A stretch of 62,428 nt of DNA, counting the filler, from a bacterium (GTDB lineage: Bacteria > JALSQH01), in NCBI GenBank assembly GCA_026985515.1. It is 7 parts of 7 records of this genome, joined end to end, with 100 filler letters (N's around TTAATTAATTAA, not from the genome) between each part and the next. Parts side by side here need not be neighbours in the genome. Positions count along the whole stretch, not along the records: positions 1 to 13,780 come from JALSQH010000206.1; 6 more parts are not named here. One strand, 5' to 3'. The translations under genes and the position numbers were made by a program. Shown piece after piece: positions 1 through 10,749 of this stretch (position 1 is its first letter; each line of letters starts with the position of its first letter). Below the pieces are notes generated by a model. It saw only the letters and a list, made by a program, of their open reading frames with translations, had not been told where the DNA came from and searched no databases.

Positions 1-453
1 TTTGGTTATGTCGATATGCAGAGAGTACTTCAGGAATCGGAGAGAGGCAAAAAGTTAATGGAACAGTTGCAGAAAGAGAAGGCATTCAAGGAAGAGGATC
101 TGAAGTTGAGACAGCAGGAGATCCAGAAATTGAAGGATGAGTATGATAAAACAAAAAACATGCTTTCCCCCCAGAAAAGAGCTGAAAAGGAGAATGAAAT
201 CATCAAGAAAATGCAGGATTTTCAGAATCTTGTGAATCAGTATCAGATGGAACTGCAGCAGAAACAGAGTGAATATACCAAACAGGCAATTGATGAGATA
301 AAGGATATAATTTCAGATTATGCGAAACAACATGGCTACAATTTGATTCTTTTAAAGGATGCTGTTCTCTACATGCCTTCTTCATCCGACATAACTGATG
401 ATATAATAGAAGAGTACAACAGATGGTACAGAAAAGTAAAGAGCAAAAAGTAG
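1..453 (+). CDS. skp: OmpH/Skp periplasmic outer-membrane-protein chaperone (5' end outside window)
   Basis: Frame open from base 1 ([10 protein letters not shown]), long coiled coil, C-terminal GYNLIL...DITDDII motif; directly upstream of lpxD. Confidence 0.88.
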   Translation, partial: FGYVDMQRVLQESERGKKLMEQLQKEKAFKEEDLKLRQQEIQKLKDEYDKTKNMLSPQKRAEKENEIIKKMQDFQNLVNQYQMELQQKQSEYTKQAIDEIKDIISDYAKQHGYNLILLKDAVLYMPSSSDITDDIIEEYNRWYRKVKSKK

Positions 454-1454
454 CGCTGACACTTCGTGAAATTGCAGATGAGGTAAACGGTAGGGTTGTG
501 GGTGACCCGAATTATGTCGTAACAGGAATTTCAACTATTCAGGATGCAGATTCTAACTCCTTAACATTTCTTGCAAATCCAAAATACAGGAAATTCGTTT
601 CCACAACCAGGGCGGGAGCTATTCTTATTAACGAGGATCCCGGTGTCGCAGGAAAGAACTTCATTGTGGTTGATGACCCGTATCTTGCTTTTGCGAAAAT
701 CCTTGCGAAACACTTCTACACCCCACCAGTTCCTGCCGGGATTTCGAAGAGGGCAATTGTTTCAGAGAATGCGGTGATAGGGGAGAATGTCACTGTTGGG
801 GATGGAACCATAATTTCTGATGGGGTCTCAATCGGTGACGGTACCTACATCTATCCGGGTGTTTTCATAAGTGAGAACAGCAGAGTGGGTAAAAATGCAT
901 TGATTTACCCGGGTGTTATTGTCAGGGAGAACAGCATCATAGGAGACAATGTGATAATCCAGCCAGGTGTGGTGATTGGAGGAGATGGTTTTGGGTTTGT
1001 CCCGGGAAAGAATGGTCATTTCAAAATTCCTCAACTTGGTAATGTGGTCATAGAAGATGATGTGGAGATTGGAGCCAACACCACCATTGATAGAGGTGCC
1101 ATAGGGAGCACGGTAATCGGAAAAGGGACCAAAATAGATAATCTTGTCCAGATAGGTCACAATGTTACCATAGGAAAATATTGTCTGATAGCCGCTCAGG
1201 TCGGTATTGCTGGAAGTACTAAAATAGGAAATTTCGTTATGATAGGTGGGCAGGCTGGTATAGCGGGTCATCTTGAGATAGGTGATGGAGTTCAGATAGC
1301 TGCAAAGAGTGGTATAAATGCTTCCATTCCACCCGGTGAGATAGTTGGTGGAATTCCAGCGGTAAGGCACAGAGATTGGTTGAAGATTGTATCGGTATGG
1401 AAAAGGTTGCCCCAGCTCTGGGAGAGGGTAAAGAAACTGGAGGATAAAAGATGA
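423..1454 (+). CDS. lpxD: UDP-3-O-(3-hydroxyacyl)glucosamine N-acyltransferase
   Basis: [16 protein letters not shown], hexapeptide repeats, [29 protein letters not shown]. Confidence 0.97.
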   Translation: MVQKSKEQKVALTLREIADEVNGRVVGDPNYVVTGISTIQDADSNSLTFLANPKYRKFVSTTRAGAILINEDPGVAGKNFIVVDDPYLAFAKILAKHFYTPPVPAGISKRAIVSENAVIGENVTVGDGTIISDGVSIGDGTYIYPGVFISENSRVGKNALIYPGVIVRENSIIGDNVIIQPGVVIGGDGFGFVPGKNGHFKIPQLGNVVIEDDVEIGANTTIDRGAIGSTVIGKGTKIDNLVQIGHNVTIGKYCLIAAQVGIAGSTKIGNFVMIGGQAGIAGHLEIGDGVQIAAKSGINASIPPGEIVGGIPAVRHRDWLKIVSVWKRLPQLWERVKKLEDKR

Positions 1455-1894
1455 ATGATTGGGAAGAAATTGTAGAACTGTTACCACATAGATTTCCCTT
1501 TGTGCTCATTGATAGAGTGGAGTCCTTTAAAGAGGGCAAAAAAATTGTCGCGGTAAAAAATGTCTCCTTTGATGAGCCATTTTTCTCAGGTCACTTTCCC
1601 TCAAATCCCCTGATGCCTGGTGTTCTTATTATTGAGTCTATGGCACAGGCCGGGGGACTTCTACTGGTGAAGAGTTATCCTGAGTTGAAAAATGCTCCAG
1701 CGTTTCTGGTGGGAATAGATAAAGCGAGGTTCAAAAAAGAGGTCAGACCGGGGGATCAGCTTTTAATTGAAGTTGTATTGAAGAGAAAGGTTGGATCAAT
1801 TTATAATCTCAAGTGTAAGGCCTCTGTGGAAGGGTCCATTGCCGCTGAGGCTGAAATACTTGTTTCCATAAATAAAGATCAGGAGAAGGAGTGA
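1451..1894 (+). CDS. fabZ: 3-hydroxyacyl-ACP dehydratase
   Basis: [32 protein letters not shown]; lpxD-fabZ-lpxA synteny. Confidence 0.97.
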   Translation: MNDWEEIVELLPHRFPFVLIDRVESFKEGKKIVAVKNVSFDEPFFSGHFPSNPLMPGVLIIESMAQAGGLLLVKSYPELKNAPAFLVGIDKARFKKEVRPGDQLLIEVVLKRKVGSIYNLKCKASVEGSIAAEAEILVSINKDQEKE

Positions 1895-1897
1895 AGT

Positions 1898-2701
1898 ATG
1901 AGTGTCAAAATTGATCCCAGAGCTATTGTGGAGAAGGGAGCAGAGTTGGGTGAGAATGTTGTTATTGATGCCTATGCCTTTGTGGGGAGTAAGGTTAAAA
2001 TTGGAGACAACACCTATGTGGGACCCGGGGTTATCATAAAAAATAGAACTACCATCGGGAAGAATAACAAATTCTTTGCCTATTCATCCATTGGTGAAAT
2101 ACCGCAGGATCTCAAATATCATGGAGAAGATACTGAACTGATAATCGGCGATAATAACACATTCAGAGAGTTTGTAACCATTAATATTGGAACTGAGGGT
2201 GGTGGGGGGGTGACCAGGATTGGAAATAATAATCTGTTTATGGCGTACACCCATGTCGCTCATGATTGCATAATAGGAGATTTCAATGTATTTTCCAATC
2301 TTGCCTCACTGGCTGGTCACATAGTTGTGGGAAATCATGTTGGTGTTGGTGGAATGTCCGGTATTCATCAGTTTGTTCACATAGGTGATTATGCCTATAT
2401 TGGTGGTGGTTCAATGGTTACTCAGGATGTTGTACCCTTTGTGATGGTGGCGGGAAACAGGGCAGAGGTTTATGGAATAAACAGAATTGGACTTGAGAGA
2501 AAGGGATTCAGTGAGGAACAGATTAAGATTGTAAAGAGGATATTTGAGATTTTTTTTAAATCTGGTCTCACTGTAAAGGAGGCTGTAAATAAAATTTCAA
2601 CAGAACTTCCCCAGACAAAAGAGGTAAAAATATTCCTTGACTTTGTCAGAAATGCTTCTGATCGGGGTTTCTGCCGGCTGGTTAAGAATAATTCCCGATA
2701 G
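1898..2701 (+). CDS. lpxA: UDP-N-acetylglucosamine acyltransferase
   Basis: PQDLKY, FREFVTINIGT, HVAHDC, IHQF motifs; hexapeptide repeats. Confidence 0.97.
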   Translation: MSVKIDPRAIVEKGAELGENVVIDAYAFVGSKVKIGDNTYVGPGVIIKNRTTIGKNNKFFAYSSIGEIPQDLKYHGEDTELIIGDNNTFREFVTINIGTEGGGGVTRIGNNNLFMAYTHVAHDCIIGDFNVFSNLASLAGHIVVGNHVGVGGMSGIHQFVHIGDYAYIGGGSMVTQDVVPFVMVAGNRAEVYGINRIGLERKGFSEEQIKIVKRIFEIFFKSGLTVKEAVNKISTELPQTKEVKIFLDFVRNASDRGFCRLVKNNSR

Positions 2702-2721
2702 GTCAGAGTGGGGAATTTGTT

Positions 2722-3846
2722 ATGAAAAAAATCCTCGTCATAACAGGTGAGGAGTCGGGGGACAAGCAGTTCTCTCTTTTCTGGAGAGAAATAAGTCCCT
2801 TTCTTTCTGAGGATTATTTACTCTGGGGCATAGGGGGGAATTTCTTCACTTCCATTGGAGGAGAGGTTGTTTTCCCTCAGGAGAACCTTTCTGTAATGGG
2901 TGTTACTGAGGTCCTTTTCAGAGCCAGAGACATCCTTGAGGCGGGGAAAAGGATTCTGAGTCATCCATATCTGACAGAAACTTCCGGAGTTGTACTTGTG
3001 GATTTCCCCGATTTTAATTTCAGAATTGGAAAGTTACTTGCAGGAAGAGGTTATCCTGTAATTTATTTTATCCCTCCCAAGGTGTGGGCATGGAGGAGGG
3101 GTAGAATAAAGGTTATGAAAAAGTTTGTTAAGCTTGCACTGCTCATTTTTCCCTTTGAATCAGAACTCTACTCTGCTGAGGGGATTGAGAATATCTATGT
3201 TGGAAATCCTGCTATCAGGTATCTCGGGAAAAGGTTGAAGAGTGCCGCAAGAGATTCAGTTCTTCTTCTGCCTGGTAGCAGAAATTTTGAGGTTGAGAAA
3301 CTCCTCCCCATAATGCTCAGGACTGTAAAAGTCCTTGATTTTTATGGATATAAATTGAAGAAGAAATTGATACTTGCCAGCAGTGTGGACAGAACAAAAA
3401 TTGTTACTCTGCTAACTGAAGCAGAGACCTGTGGGGAAATTGTGATAGTGGATGAAAAGAATCTGGTAGAAGTCCTTCCCACAGGAAGAATTGCCATAGC
3501 TGCCTCTGGTACCATTAATCTTGAACTCGCTGTGGCAGGAGTTCCACAGGTGGTTGTTTACAGGGTTTCACCTCTGACTTTTGCGATAGGTAAAAGGTTT
3601 GTTAAGCTTTCTCATGTTTCTCCAGTAAATATTGTGGCCGGCAGGGAGGTGGTGCCTGAATTGCTTCAGGATGAATGCAATGAGAAAAGAATCGTTGAGA
3701 AAGTGTTGAATTTTCTGGATAATGAGGAGCTGGTTAGCAGAGTCAGATCGGGCTATGAAGAGGTGACTGGAGTTCTTTCCTCCGGGGTTGAACCATCTCT
3801 AATTGCCAGCAAAGTAGAGGAAATTTTTGAGAAAAAGGGAAGATGA
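2722..3846 (+). CDS. lpxB: Lipid-A-disaccharide synthase
   Basis: TGEESGD, VDFPDFN, PPKVWAWR, LLPGSR, ASGT, VPELLQ. Confidence 0.95.
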   Translation: MKKILVITGEESGDKQFSLFWREISPFLSEDYLLWGIGGNFFTSIGGEVVFPQENLSVMGVTEVLFRARDILEAGKRILSHPYLTETSGVVLVDFPDFNFRIGKLLAGRGYPVIYFIPPKVWAWRRGRIKVMKKFVKLALLIFPFESELYSAEGIENIYVGNPAIRYLGKRLKSAARDSVLLLPGSRNFEVEKLLPIMLRTVKVLDFYGYKLKKKLILASSVDRTKIVTLLTEAETCGEIVIVDEKNLVEVLPTGRIAIAASGTINLELAVAGVPQVVVYRVSPLTFAIGKRFVKLSHVSPVNIVAGREVVPELLQDECNEKRIVEKVLNFLDNEELVSRVRSGYEEVTGVLSSGVEPSLIASKVEEIFEKKGR

Positions 3847-5561
3847 AAGTTTATCTTAGATTGTTGAGATATGTTTACCCCTACAGGACATCTCTGATAC
3901 TTGCCTCTCTTTTTATGTTACTTGTGGCGGGTCTCACTTCCCTCAGTGCCTACATTGTGAAACCTGTTATGGATTATATCTTTGTGCAGAAGAAGGAGAA
4001 TTTGATTATCCCCTTTGCAATTCTTATCATACTGATTTTCTTCTTCAAAGGTCTTTTTTCATACCTGCAGAGAGTTATAATGGGAAGGGTGGGAATGAGG
4101 GTTGTAACAGATCTCAGACAGGAACTCTTTGATCACCTGTTGACGCAGAATCTTGCCTTTTTCAGATCAGAGTCCTCTGGAAATCTTCTTTCAAGGATTG
4201 TTAACGATGTGTACATGGTCCAGTATGCCGTCACTCAGGCAATAACAGGACTTGTTCAGCATGTTTTTACAGTTGTGGGTCTTGTGGTTGTTGTTTTTTA
4301 TCTTAACTGGAAACTTGCCCTGGTGGCGATTATCGCTTTTCCCCTGGCAGTTTATCCTTTGATCTACTTCAGTTCCAAGATGAGGAAGTACAGCAGGGAA
4401 ACTCAAAGGTCGTATGCAAGAATGAGTGAAGCTATTCTGGAGGGATTGAAGGGCATCGAAATAGTTAAGGCTTTCAATACAGAGGAGTATGAGAGGAAGA
4501 GGTTTAGAAAGGCCAACGAGGAGATGTTCAGAATAGTAATGAAGAATGTGAAAGTTCAATCTCTCTCCAATCCTGTCATGGAGTTCATAGGCGCCCTGGG
4601 GGTTGCATCCATCATATCCCTCGGGGGTTACCTTGTTATACATGGAAGTATGACTGAAGGTGAATTCTTCTCCTTCATAGCATCACTCATGATGCTATAT
4701 GATCCCATCAGAAAAATGAATGGTCTGAATGCCCTCATTCAGGCTGGAGTTGCTGCTGGTGAGAGGATTTTCCAGATACTTGACCTGCCACCTGAAGATG
4801 TTGATAGAGGAGGCGAAATTGAGTTAAGGGAGTTCAGGAGGGAGATAAGATATGAGAATGTCTACTTTAAGTATGAGGATAGATGGATAATCAGGGGAGT
4901 TGATATGGAAATAAAGAGGGGTGAGATGGTGGCAATAGTTGGTTCCACAGGCAGTGGTAAAACAACCCTTGTCAATCTTCTTCCCAGGTTTTATGAAGTA
5001 ACAGATGGGAGGATCACGATTGATGGAATAGATATAAGGAAGATTTCCCTTTCCTCGCTGAGAAGAAATATCAGCGTTGTGACTCAGCAAACCATTCTTT
5101 TTAACGATACTGTGAAAAACAATATTCTCTATGGTAACTGGGGAGCCAGTTTTGAAGATGTGGTCAGAGCGGCAAAAATTGCAAATGCCCATGATTTCAT
5201 AATGAAACTCCCCGAAGGTTATGACACGATTATTGGTGAGGGGGGAGTTAAACTCTCGGGAGGGGAGAGGCAGAGAATTTCAATTGCCAGGGCAGTTTTG
5301 AAAAATGCTCCAATTTTAATACTTGATGAAGCTACAAGTTCACTGGATACTGAATCGGAGAGAGAAGTACAGGAGGCAATAGAGAGGTTGATGGAAAACA
5401 GAACTTCCATAGTAATTGCCCACAGATTATCCACCGTGAGAAGAGCAGATAGAATATATGTAATAAAGGATGGGAAGGTTGTTGAAGTGGGAAATCATGA
5501 GGAATTGCTGAGTCTTAAAGGAGAATATCACCGTTTGTACATGCTCCAGTTTGAGGATTGA
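3843..5561 (+). CDS. msbA: Lipid A export ABC transporter, permease + ATPase (MsbA)
   Basis: N-terminal TM domain, Walker A GSTGSGKT, LSGGERQR, DEATSSLD; located in lipid A operon. Confidence 0.9.
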   Translation: MKVYLRLLRYVYPYRTSLILASLFMLLVAGLTSLSAYIVKPVMDYIFVQKKENLIIPFAILIILIFFFKGLFSYLQRVIMGRVGMRVVTDLRQELFDHLLTQNLAFFRSESSGNLLSRIVNDVYMVQYAVTQAITGLVQHVFTVVGLVVVVFYLNWKLALVAIIAFPLAVYPLIYFSSKMRKYSRETQRSYARMSEAILEGLKGIEIVKAFNTEEYERKRFRKANEEMFRIVMKNVKVQSLSNPVMEFIGALGVASIISLGGYLVIHGSMTEGEFFSFIASLMMLYDPIRKMNGLNALIQAGVAAGERIFQILDLPPEDVDRGGEIELREFRREIRYENVYFKYEDRWIIRGVDMEIKRGEMVAIVGSTGSGKTTLVNLLPRFYEVTDGRITIDGIDIRKISLSSLRRNISVVTQQTILFNDTVKNNILYGNWGASFEDVVRAAKIANAHDFIMKLPEGYDTIIGEGGVKLSGGERQRISIARAVLKNAPILILDEATSSLDTESEREVQEAIERLMENRTSIVIAHRLSTVRRADRIYVIKDGKVVEVGNHEELLSLKGEYHRLYMLQFED

Positions 5562-6223
5562 TGAAGAGTATAAAGAGATTCTTAAAAGTTGTGTTACTTC
5601 CTGATCTTGTCTATCTTATTGTAAGATTGTGGTTGAAAACGGAAAAGTTTATCTATGTAAACCTCTCCGCACCAGATTACTACCACAAAAAAGGTCAGCC
5701 ACTGATTGTCCTTTCCTGGCATGGAAGAATAATCTTTGTTCCTCCAACACCCTGGAGCAACAGGGTTAAAATCCTTGTCAGTGCCTCTGAAGATGGAGAT
5801 ATGCTGATGAGATACCTTTCTAAATTCGGCTATGAATTTGTGAGGGGTTCGAGCAGAAGGGGTGGTGAACAGGCGAAGGAGCTTCTGTACAGAGCCCTTT
5901 TGGAAGGATACGATATTTTCATAACTCCTGATGGTCCCACAGGTCCCTCTCACAGATTCAAGCCGGGAGCGGTGGAGCTTGCTCTTAAAACTGGTGTCCC
6001 TATTTTCTTTCTTCTGGTAACCACCAATCGTCCTGTTGAGTTTAATACATGGGACAGGTTTTGCATTCCTGCTCCCTTCAGCAGGGTTTATGTTTTCCTC
6101 TTTGGTCCATACTATGTGAAGAACATGGATGATGTGAATTTCCTGGAAAAGGAAATGACGAGGCTTGAGAGAGAAATTGACTGGATAGCAGGGAGAAGGG
6201 GAGATGATCTACCAGGTTTTTAA
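5561..6223 (+). CDS. DUF374 lysophospholipid acyltransferase family protein (LpxJ-like late lipid A acyltransferase)
   Basis: WHGR, SASEDG, RGSSRRGG, ITPDGP, WDRFCIPAPFSR motifs; sits between msbA and waaA. Confidence 0.85.
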   Translation: MKSIKRFLKVVLLPDLVYLIVRLWLKTEKFIYVNLSAPDYYHKKGQPLIVLSWHGRIIFVPPTPWSNRVKILVSASEDGDMLMRYLSKFGYEFVRGSSRRGGEQAKELLYRALLEGYDIFITPDGPTGPSHRFKPGAVELALKTGVPIFFLLVTTNRPVEFNTWDRFCIPAPFSRVYVFLFGPYYVKNMDDVNFLEKEMTRLEREIDWIAGRRGDDLPGF

Positions 6224-7415
6224 TAGCCTTTTATACCCTTTTATTCTTCCCCCTGCCCTGGTGTGGGCGGATAGAAGGAGAGATTATCCACTGAAAATCT
6301 GGAAGCGAATTTCTCCTGAGATAGAGAAAAAGTACACCTATTTTTTCCATCTTGCATCACTGGGAGAGGCAAAAACAGTATCTCCTTTGCTGGAATTGTG
6401 GAAGGAAAAAAGAGAGGAAATTCTTTTTGAAACTGTTACACCAACCGGTTATGATGAGTTGAGAAAAAAAAATGTTGATGTGATTCTCTTTCCCTTTGAT
6501 TACTATCCTCTTCTTCGCCTCAATCTAAGGAGAAGTGGAGTGAAAGAGGTTTTTGTTTTTGAGACTGAGCTCTGGCCAGGACTTTTCTCTGCAGCCCTTG
6601 ATCTCAATTTAAGGATCAGAATGCTGAATGTAAAATTTTCATCTTCTACCATTTCAATGCTCAGGAGAACAGCTTTTTTCTGGAAAAGGAGGTTAAGAAA
6701 GGTTGATGAATGGTTCGTTGTTGATGAAGGGGTGAGAAATTTTTTGGTGGAATATGGCATAGAACCGGGTAAAATAAAGATTGTCCCGGATCTCAAGTAC
6801 CTGTCATCTTTTGAGGAGAAAAGCGTCCCTGAAGAAATTGAGGAAAAATTGAGGGCATGGGTGGGAAATAGAAGAAAAAAAATAATAGTAATGGGTAGCA
6901 TGCACAGGGGTGAAGAGGTTATTGTTGAGAAGGTAAATTTTAAAAAGTTCAGGGTGATCTATGTACCCCGGCATCTCAACTATCTTGATGAGTTGAAGCA
7001 TTATTTTTCTGAAAGGGGCCTGAGGGTTTCCCTTTTTTCTGATACTGCAGAGAAGGATTCAGACATCTTGCTGGTAGATAAATATGGTCTGTTGTCATTT
7101 CTCTACAATGCTGGTGACATTGCAGTTATAGGTGGTAGTTTTGTACCACACGGAGGCCACAACCCTCTTGAAGCTGTCAATTTTAAAAAACCAGTGATTT
7201 TTGGCAGGCACATGGAAAATTTTAAGGAAATCGCGGGAGATATAGTTGAATGTGGCGGAGGAAGTTTCTGTGATATGGAAGAAATTGGAGAACTTTTTGA
7301 AAATTATGAAAAATTCTTTCCCCCTGATAAAATTAGAAGTTGCTATGAAAGGTTGAAAAAAAAGAGTGAGATTGTAAGAGATGCATACTCACTGATTGTA
7401 ATGGGAACAAATTAA
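6204..7415 (+). CDS. waaA: 3-deoxy-D-manno-octulosonic acid (Kdo) transferase
   Basis: HLASLGE, TVTPTG, ETELWP, VPRH, GGSFVPHGGHNPLEA. Confidence 0.92.
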   Translation: MIYQVFNSLLYPFILPPALVWADRRRDYPLKIWKRISPEIEKKYTYFFHLASLGEAKTVSPLLELWKEKREEILFETVTPTGYDELRKKNVDVILFPFDYYPLLRLNLRRSGVKEVFVFETELWPGLFSAALDLNLRIRMLNVKFSSSTISMLRRTAFFWKRRLRKVDEWFVVDEGVRNFLVEYGIEPGKIKIVPDLKYLSSFEEKSVPEEIEEKLRAWVGNRRKKIIVMGSMHRGEEVIVEKVNFKKFRVIYVPRHLNYLDELKHYFSERGLRVSLFSDTAEKDSDILLVDKYGLLSFLYNAGDIAVIGGSFVPHGGHNPLEAVNFKKPVIFGRHMENFKEIAGDIVECGGGSFCDMEEIGELFENYEKFFPPDKIRSCYERLKKKSEIVRDAYSLIVMGTN

Positions 7416-7461
7416 AGTGAAATATGTCTAAACTCTACAAAATTCTCAAAGGGGTGAGGTC

Positions 7462-8382
7462 ATGATAGAGGTAAAGGAGCTAACCAAGAAATATGGAGAT
7501 TTTGTGGCTGTTGATAATATTTCTTTCAATGTTGAGAAGGGTCACATTCTTGGTTTTCTGGGTCCCAATGGAGCAGGTAAGACCACCACAATGAGGATAC
7601 TGACAACTTACATGCCACCCACCTCTGGAACGGCGATTATTGATGGACATGATATTCTTGAAGCTCCAGATGAGGTGAGGAAGAGAGTTGGTTATCTTCC
7701 TGAGAATCCACCCCTTTATAATGATCTGACTGTTGAGGAATACCTCAGGTATGTTGGCAAACTTAAAGGGTTGCCTAAGGGGAAGTTAAATGAGAGACTG
7801 GAATATGTTATTGAAACTGTGGGACTTAAAGAGAAGTACAGAAGCGTTATTGCAACATTATCCAAAGGTTACAGGCAACGTGTGGGGATTGCCCAGGCAA
7901 TAATACACGATCCGTCAGTTGTCATACTGGATGAGCCAACCATTGGACTCGATCCCAACCAGGTAATTGAGGTGAGAAGACTTATAAGGGGACTTGCAGG
8001 GAGCCACACTGTAATCCTTAGTACCCACATATTATCAGAGGTTACCAATACCTGTGACGATGTGGTCATAATCCATCGCGGGAAAATTGTGGCTGCAGAT
8101 TCCATTGAGGCACTCACAACAAAGGGGGAAGGGGTAATTCGGTACAGGGTAAGGGTAAAGTTCCCTGAAAAGGTTGATTCTGGTCAGGTTGAGAGTGAAT
8201 TTGATTTTGTTAAAGATGTGGATGTAAATCCCCATACAGGCGAGGTGATGCTCACTGTTGACCGGGATGAAAATATAGACAGGGTCGCAGAATATTTTGT
8301 AAATTCAGGTGCAGGGTTACTTGAGTTTGCGCCCATGGCAACGACCCTTGAAGAGATATTTACACGTCTGACCATCCAGTAG
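7462..8382 (+). CDS. ABC transporter ATP-binding protein (GldA-like)
   Basis: GPNGAGKTT, LSKGYRQRVGIAQA, DEPTIGLDPNQ. Confidence 0.92.
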   Translation: MIEVKELTKKYGDFVAVDNISFNVEKGHILGFLGPNGAGKTTTMRILTTYMPPTSGTAIIDGHDILEAPDEVRKRVGYLPENPPLYNDLTVEEYLRYVGKLKGLPKGKLNERLEYVIETVGLKEKYRSVIATLSKGYRQRVGIAQAIIHDPSVVILDEPTIGLDPNQVIEVRRLIRGLAGSHTVILSTHILSEVTNTCDDVVIIHRGKIVAADSIEALTTKGEGVIRYRVRVKFPEKVDSGQVESEFDFVKDVDVNPHTGEVMLTVDRDENIDRVAEYFVNSGAGLLEFAPMATTLEEIFTRLTIQ

Positions 8383-8395
8383 AAAGGAGGGAGAG

Positions 8396-9178
8396 ATGCG
8401 GAAAATATTCATTGTGGCAGGGAAGGAGTTGAAAAGCTACTTTATTTCTCCTGTTGCATATGTTGTACTTGGAGCATTTACACTTATTATGGGATGGTTT
8501 TACTTCAATCTTGTTGCCAGATTTATACAACTTTCAAAGATTTATGAATTGTTCAGAAGACCTGATATTTTGATGAGGATGAATCTCAATGACATGGTGA
8601 TTCAGCCCCTCTTCTACAATATGACGGTAATTCTCATCATTCTCACCCCCATTGTTACAATGAGACTCCTCGCTGAGGAGAAAAATTCTTACACAGATGA
8701 ATTGATCCTTACCTCACCCATTTCCACCTGGCAGATTGTTCTTGGCAAGTTCCTGGGGGCATTTATTTTTTTCCTGATAATGGTTGCAATAACTGCCATA
8801 TTTATGATTGAGCTTTTCGCTTACAGCAATCCCAGACCAGAATTTGGGCCGGTGGTTTCTGGTTATCTGGGGATAATTCTGATGGGTGCATCCTTCCTTG
8901 CTGTGGGAATTTTCACATCAAGTTTAACAAAAAATCAGATTGTTGCTGCGGTTAGCAGTTTCCTTATTCTTCTCATGTTCTATGTTATCAACATAATTTC
9001 ACCTTCAGTCAACTCCAAAACCCTGAGTGAAATACTTGATTATCTTTCCCTCATAAAGCAGTTTGAAGATTTTGGAAAGGGACTCATTGATCTGAGAAAT
9101 GTGGTTTACTATCTCAGCTTCATAACCATTGGCCTCTTCTTTACGAAACTCTCCCTTGATTCACTGAGGTGGAGGTAG
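8396..9178 (+). CDS. ABC-2 type permease (GldF-like)
   Basis: KELKSYFISPVAY, TMRLLAEEK, six hydrophobic segments. Confidence 0.9.
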   Translation: MRKIFIVAGKELKSYFISPVAYVVLGAFTLIMGWFYFNLVARFIQLSKIYELFRRPDILMRMNLNDMVIQPLFYNMTVILIILTPIVTMRLLAEEKNSYTDELILTSPISTWQIVLGKFLGAFIFFLIMVAITAIFMIELFAYSNPRPEFGPVVSGYLGIILMGASFLAVGIFTSSLTKNQIVAAVSSFLILLMFYVINIISPSVNSKTLSEILDYLSLIKQFEDFGKGLIDLRNVVYYLSFITIGLFFTKLSLDSLRWR

Positions 9179-9182
9179 GAAG

Positions 9183-10745
9183 ATGAAAGCGTTTTACAGA
9201 TTTCTTGGAATATCTGGGCTGGTTTTGTTCCTTTTTGGTATTCTCTCTCTCGTAATTTCGGGCAGCTTTAACCTCTATAACGAATTTCACATAATAGGTG
9301 GTGCCTTCTTGATAGCCATATATGTTGTCACAAATTTTCTCTCCCTCAAAGAAATGGTAAAATCAAGAACAACCCGCTACGGTACAGGTACGATCATCTA
9401 CGGACTTATCATTCTTGCAATAATTGTTATTGTTAATCTGATTGTTTACAAAAAGCCTCACAGATGGGATCTTACTGCCAATAAGATTTACAGCCTTTCT
9501 CCCGAAAGCAGAAAGGTTGCAAATATGGTTCCTAAAGGGACGGTAATACTGGCCTTCTTCGAGGGTGGAAATGCAGGTTCCCTCGAAGATCTTCTAAAAA
9601 CTTACGACTACGCCAGTGATAAATTGTCCTATGAAATTGTTGATCCTGAGAAGCATCCCGAACTTGCCGAAAAATATCAGGTTAACAGGGATAAAACTGT
9701 TGTTGTGGTGTACAAAGACAGGTTTTTCAAAGCCACCGAGAACACCGAGCAGGGAATCACAAATGCACTTCTTAAACTCGTGAAGGGTCAGCACAAAAAG
9801 ATTTACTTTCTTACAGATCATGGTGAGCATTCCATTGATGATGATTCTGCACAGGGGTATTCAATTTTGAAAAAGGCTCTTCAGGATGATAATTTTGTTG
9901 TTGAGAAGTTTTCCATACTGAAACAGGGTAAAATCCCTTCCGATGCGTCAGCCATTGTTATCGCAAGTCCATCAAAGGATTACCTGCCGGAGGAGTTAAA
10001 AGTTATTACGGATTATCTAAAGAATGGTGGCGCCGCTATCTTTATGATTGACCCGATGGAAGATGCAGGTTTCAAAGCATATTTGAAAAAATGGGGAGTC
10101 ATCCTTGATAATGACATCATAATTGACAGAAGCGTGAAGCTGTTTGGAGGTCCACAGCTTGGGGTGTTTCCCATTGTCACTGATTATGGGATCCATCCCA
10201 TAACTAAAGGTATGGATGGAAAAAGCACAATTTTTCCAATGGCAAGATCTCTTGAAAAGTTTGAACCACCCAAAGGAGTAACAAGTGAAACTTTTTACAC
10301 CGATTTGAAAATTACCCCCATTGCAAAAACATCTCCCACTGCCTGGGGTGAGACTGATCTGAAGAAATTATTTGAGAAACATCAGGCAGAAATAGACAGG
10401 AATGATAAAAAAGGACCCCTCACAATTGCAATGGTCGTGGAGAAGGATTTGAAGAAAAAGGGGAAAAATGAGGAACAGAAGAGCATCAGAATAGTGGTGA
10501 TTGGAAATTCAAGTTTCGTTACCAATAAGTTTATACAGTCTTTTTACAACATGGATTTCTTTCTCAACATGGTTAACTGGCTTGCAGGTGAGGAGAATTT
10601 CATAACTATCAGACCAAAAAGCACAAAGTACTCAAGGGTAAATTTCACTGAGGAGCAGATGACAAATATGTTCTATCTTTCCGTTTTGATACTTCCTGAA
10701 CTGATTATTCTTCTGGGGATCTTTGTGTGGAGCAAGAGGAGGTAA
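9183..10745 (+). CDS. GldG-family ABC auxiliary component
   Basis: RWDLTANKIYSLS, EQGITNAL, IYFLTDHGE, NMVNWL, C-terminal TM helix. Confidence 0.9.
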   Translation: MKAFYRFLGISGLVLFLFGILSLVISGSFNLYNEFHIIGGAFLIAIYVVTNFLSLKEMVKSRTTRYGTGTIIYGLIILAIIVIVNLIVYKKPHRWDLTANKIYSLSPESRKVANMVPKGTVILAFFEGGNAGSLEDLLKTYDYASDKLSYEIVDPEKHPELAEKYQVNRDKTVVVVYKDRFFKATENTEQGITNALLKLVKGQHKKIYFLTDHGEHSIDDDSAQGYSILKKALQDDNFVVEKFSILKQGKIPSDASAIVIASPSKDYLPEELKVITDYLKNGGAAIFMIDPMEDAGFKAYLKKWGVILDNDIIIDRSVKLFGGPQLGVFPIVTDYGIHPITKGMDGKSTIFPMARSLEKFEPPKGVTSETFYTDLKITPIAKTSPTAWGETDLKKLFEKHQAEIDRNDKKGPLTIAMVVEKDLKKKGKNEEQKSIRIVVIGNSSFVTNKFIQSFYNMDFFLNMVNWLAGEENFITIRPKSTKYSRVNFTEEQMTNMFYLSVLILPELIILLGIFVWSKRR

Positions 10746-10749
10746 ACAG

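Noticed and set aside
828-1487. 219-aa minus-strand ORF over lpxD
   Set aside because: Antisense shadow of a confident gene; no motifs
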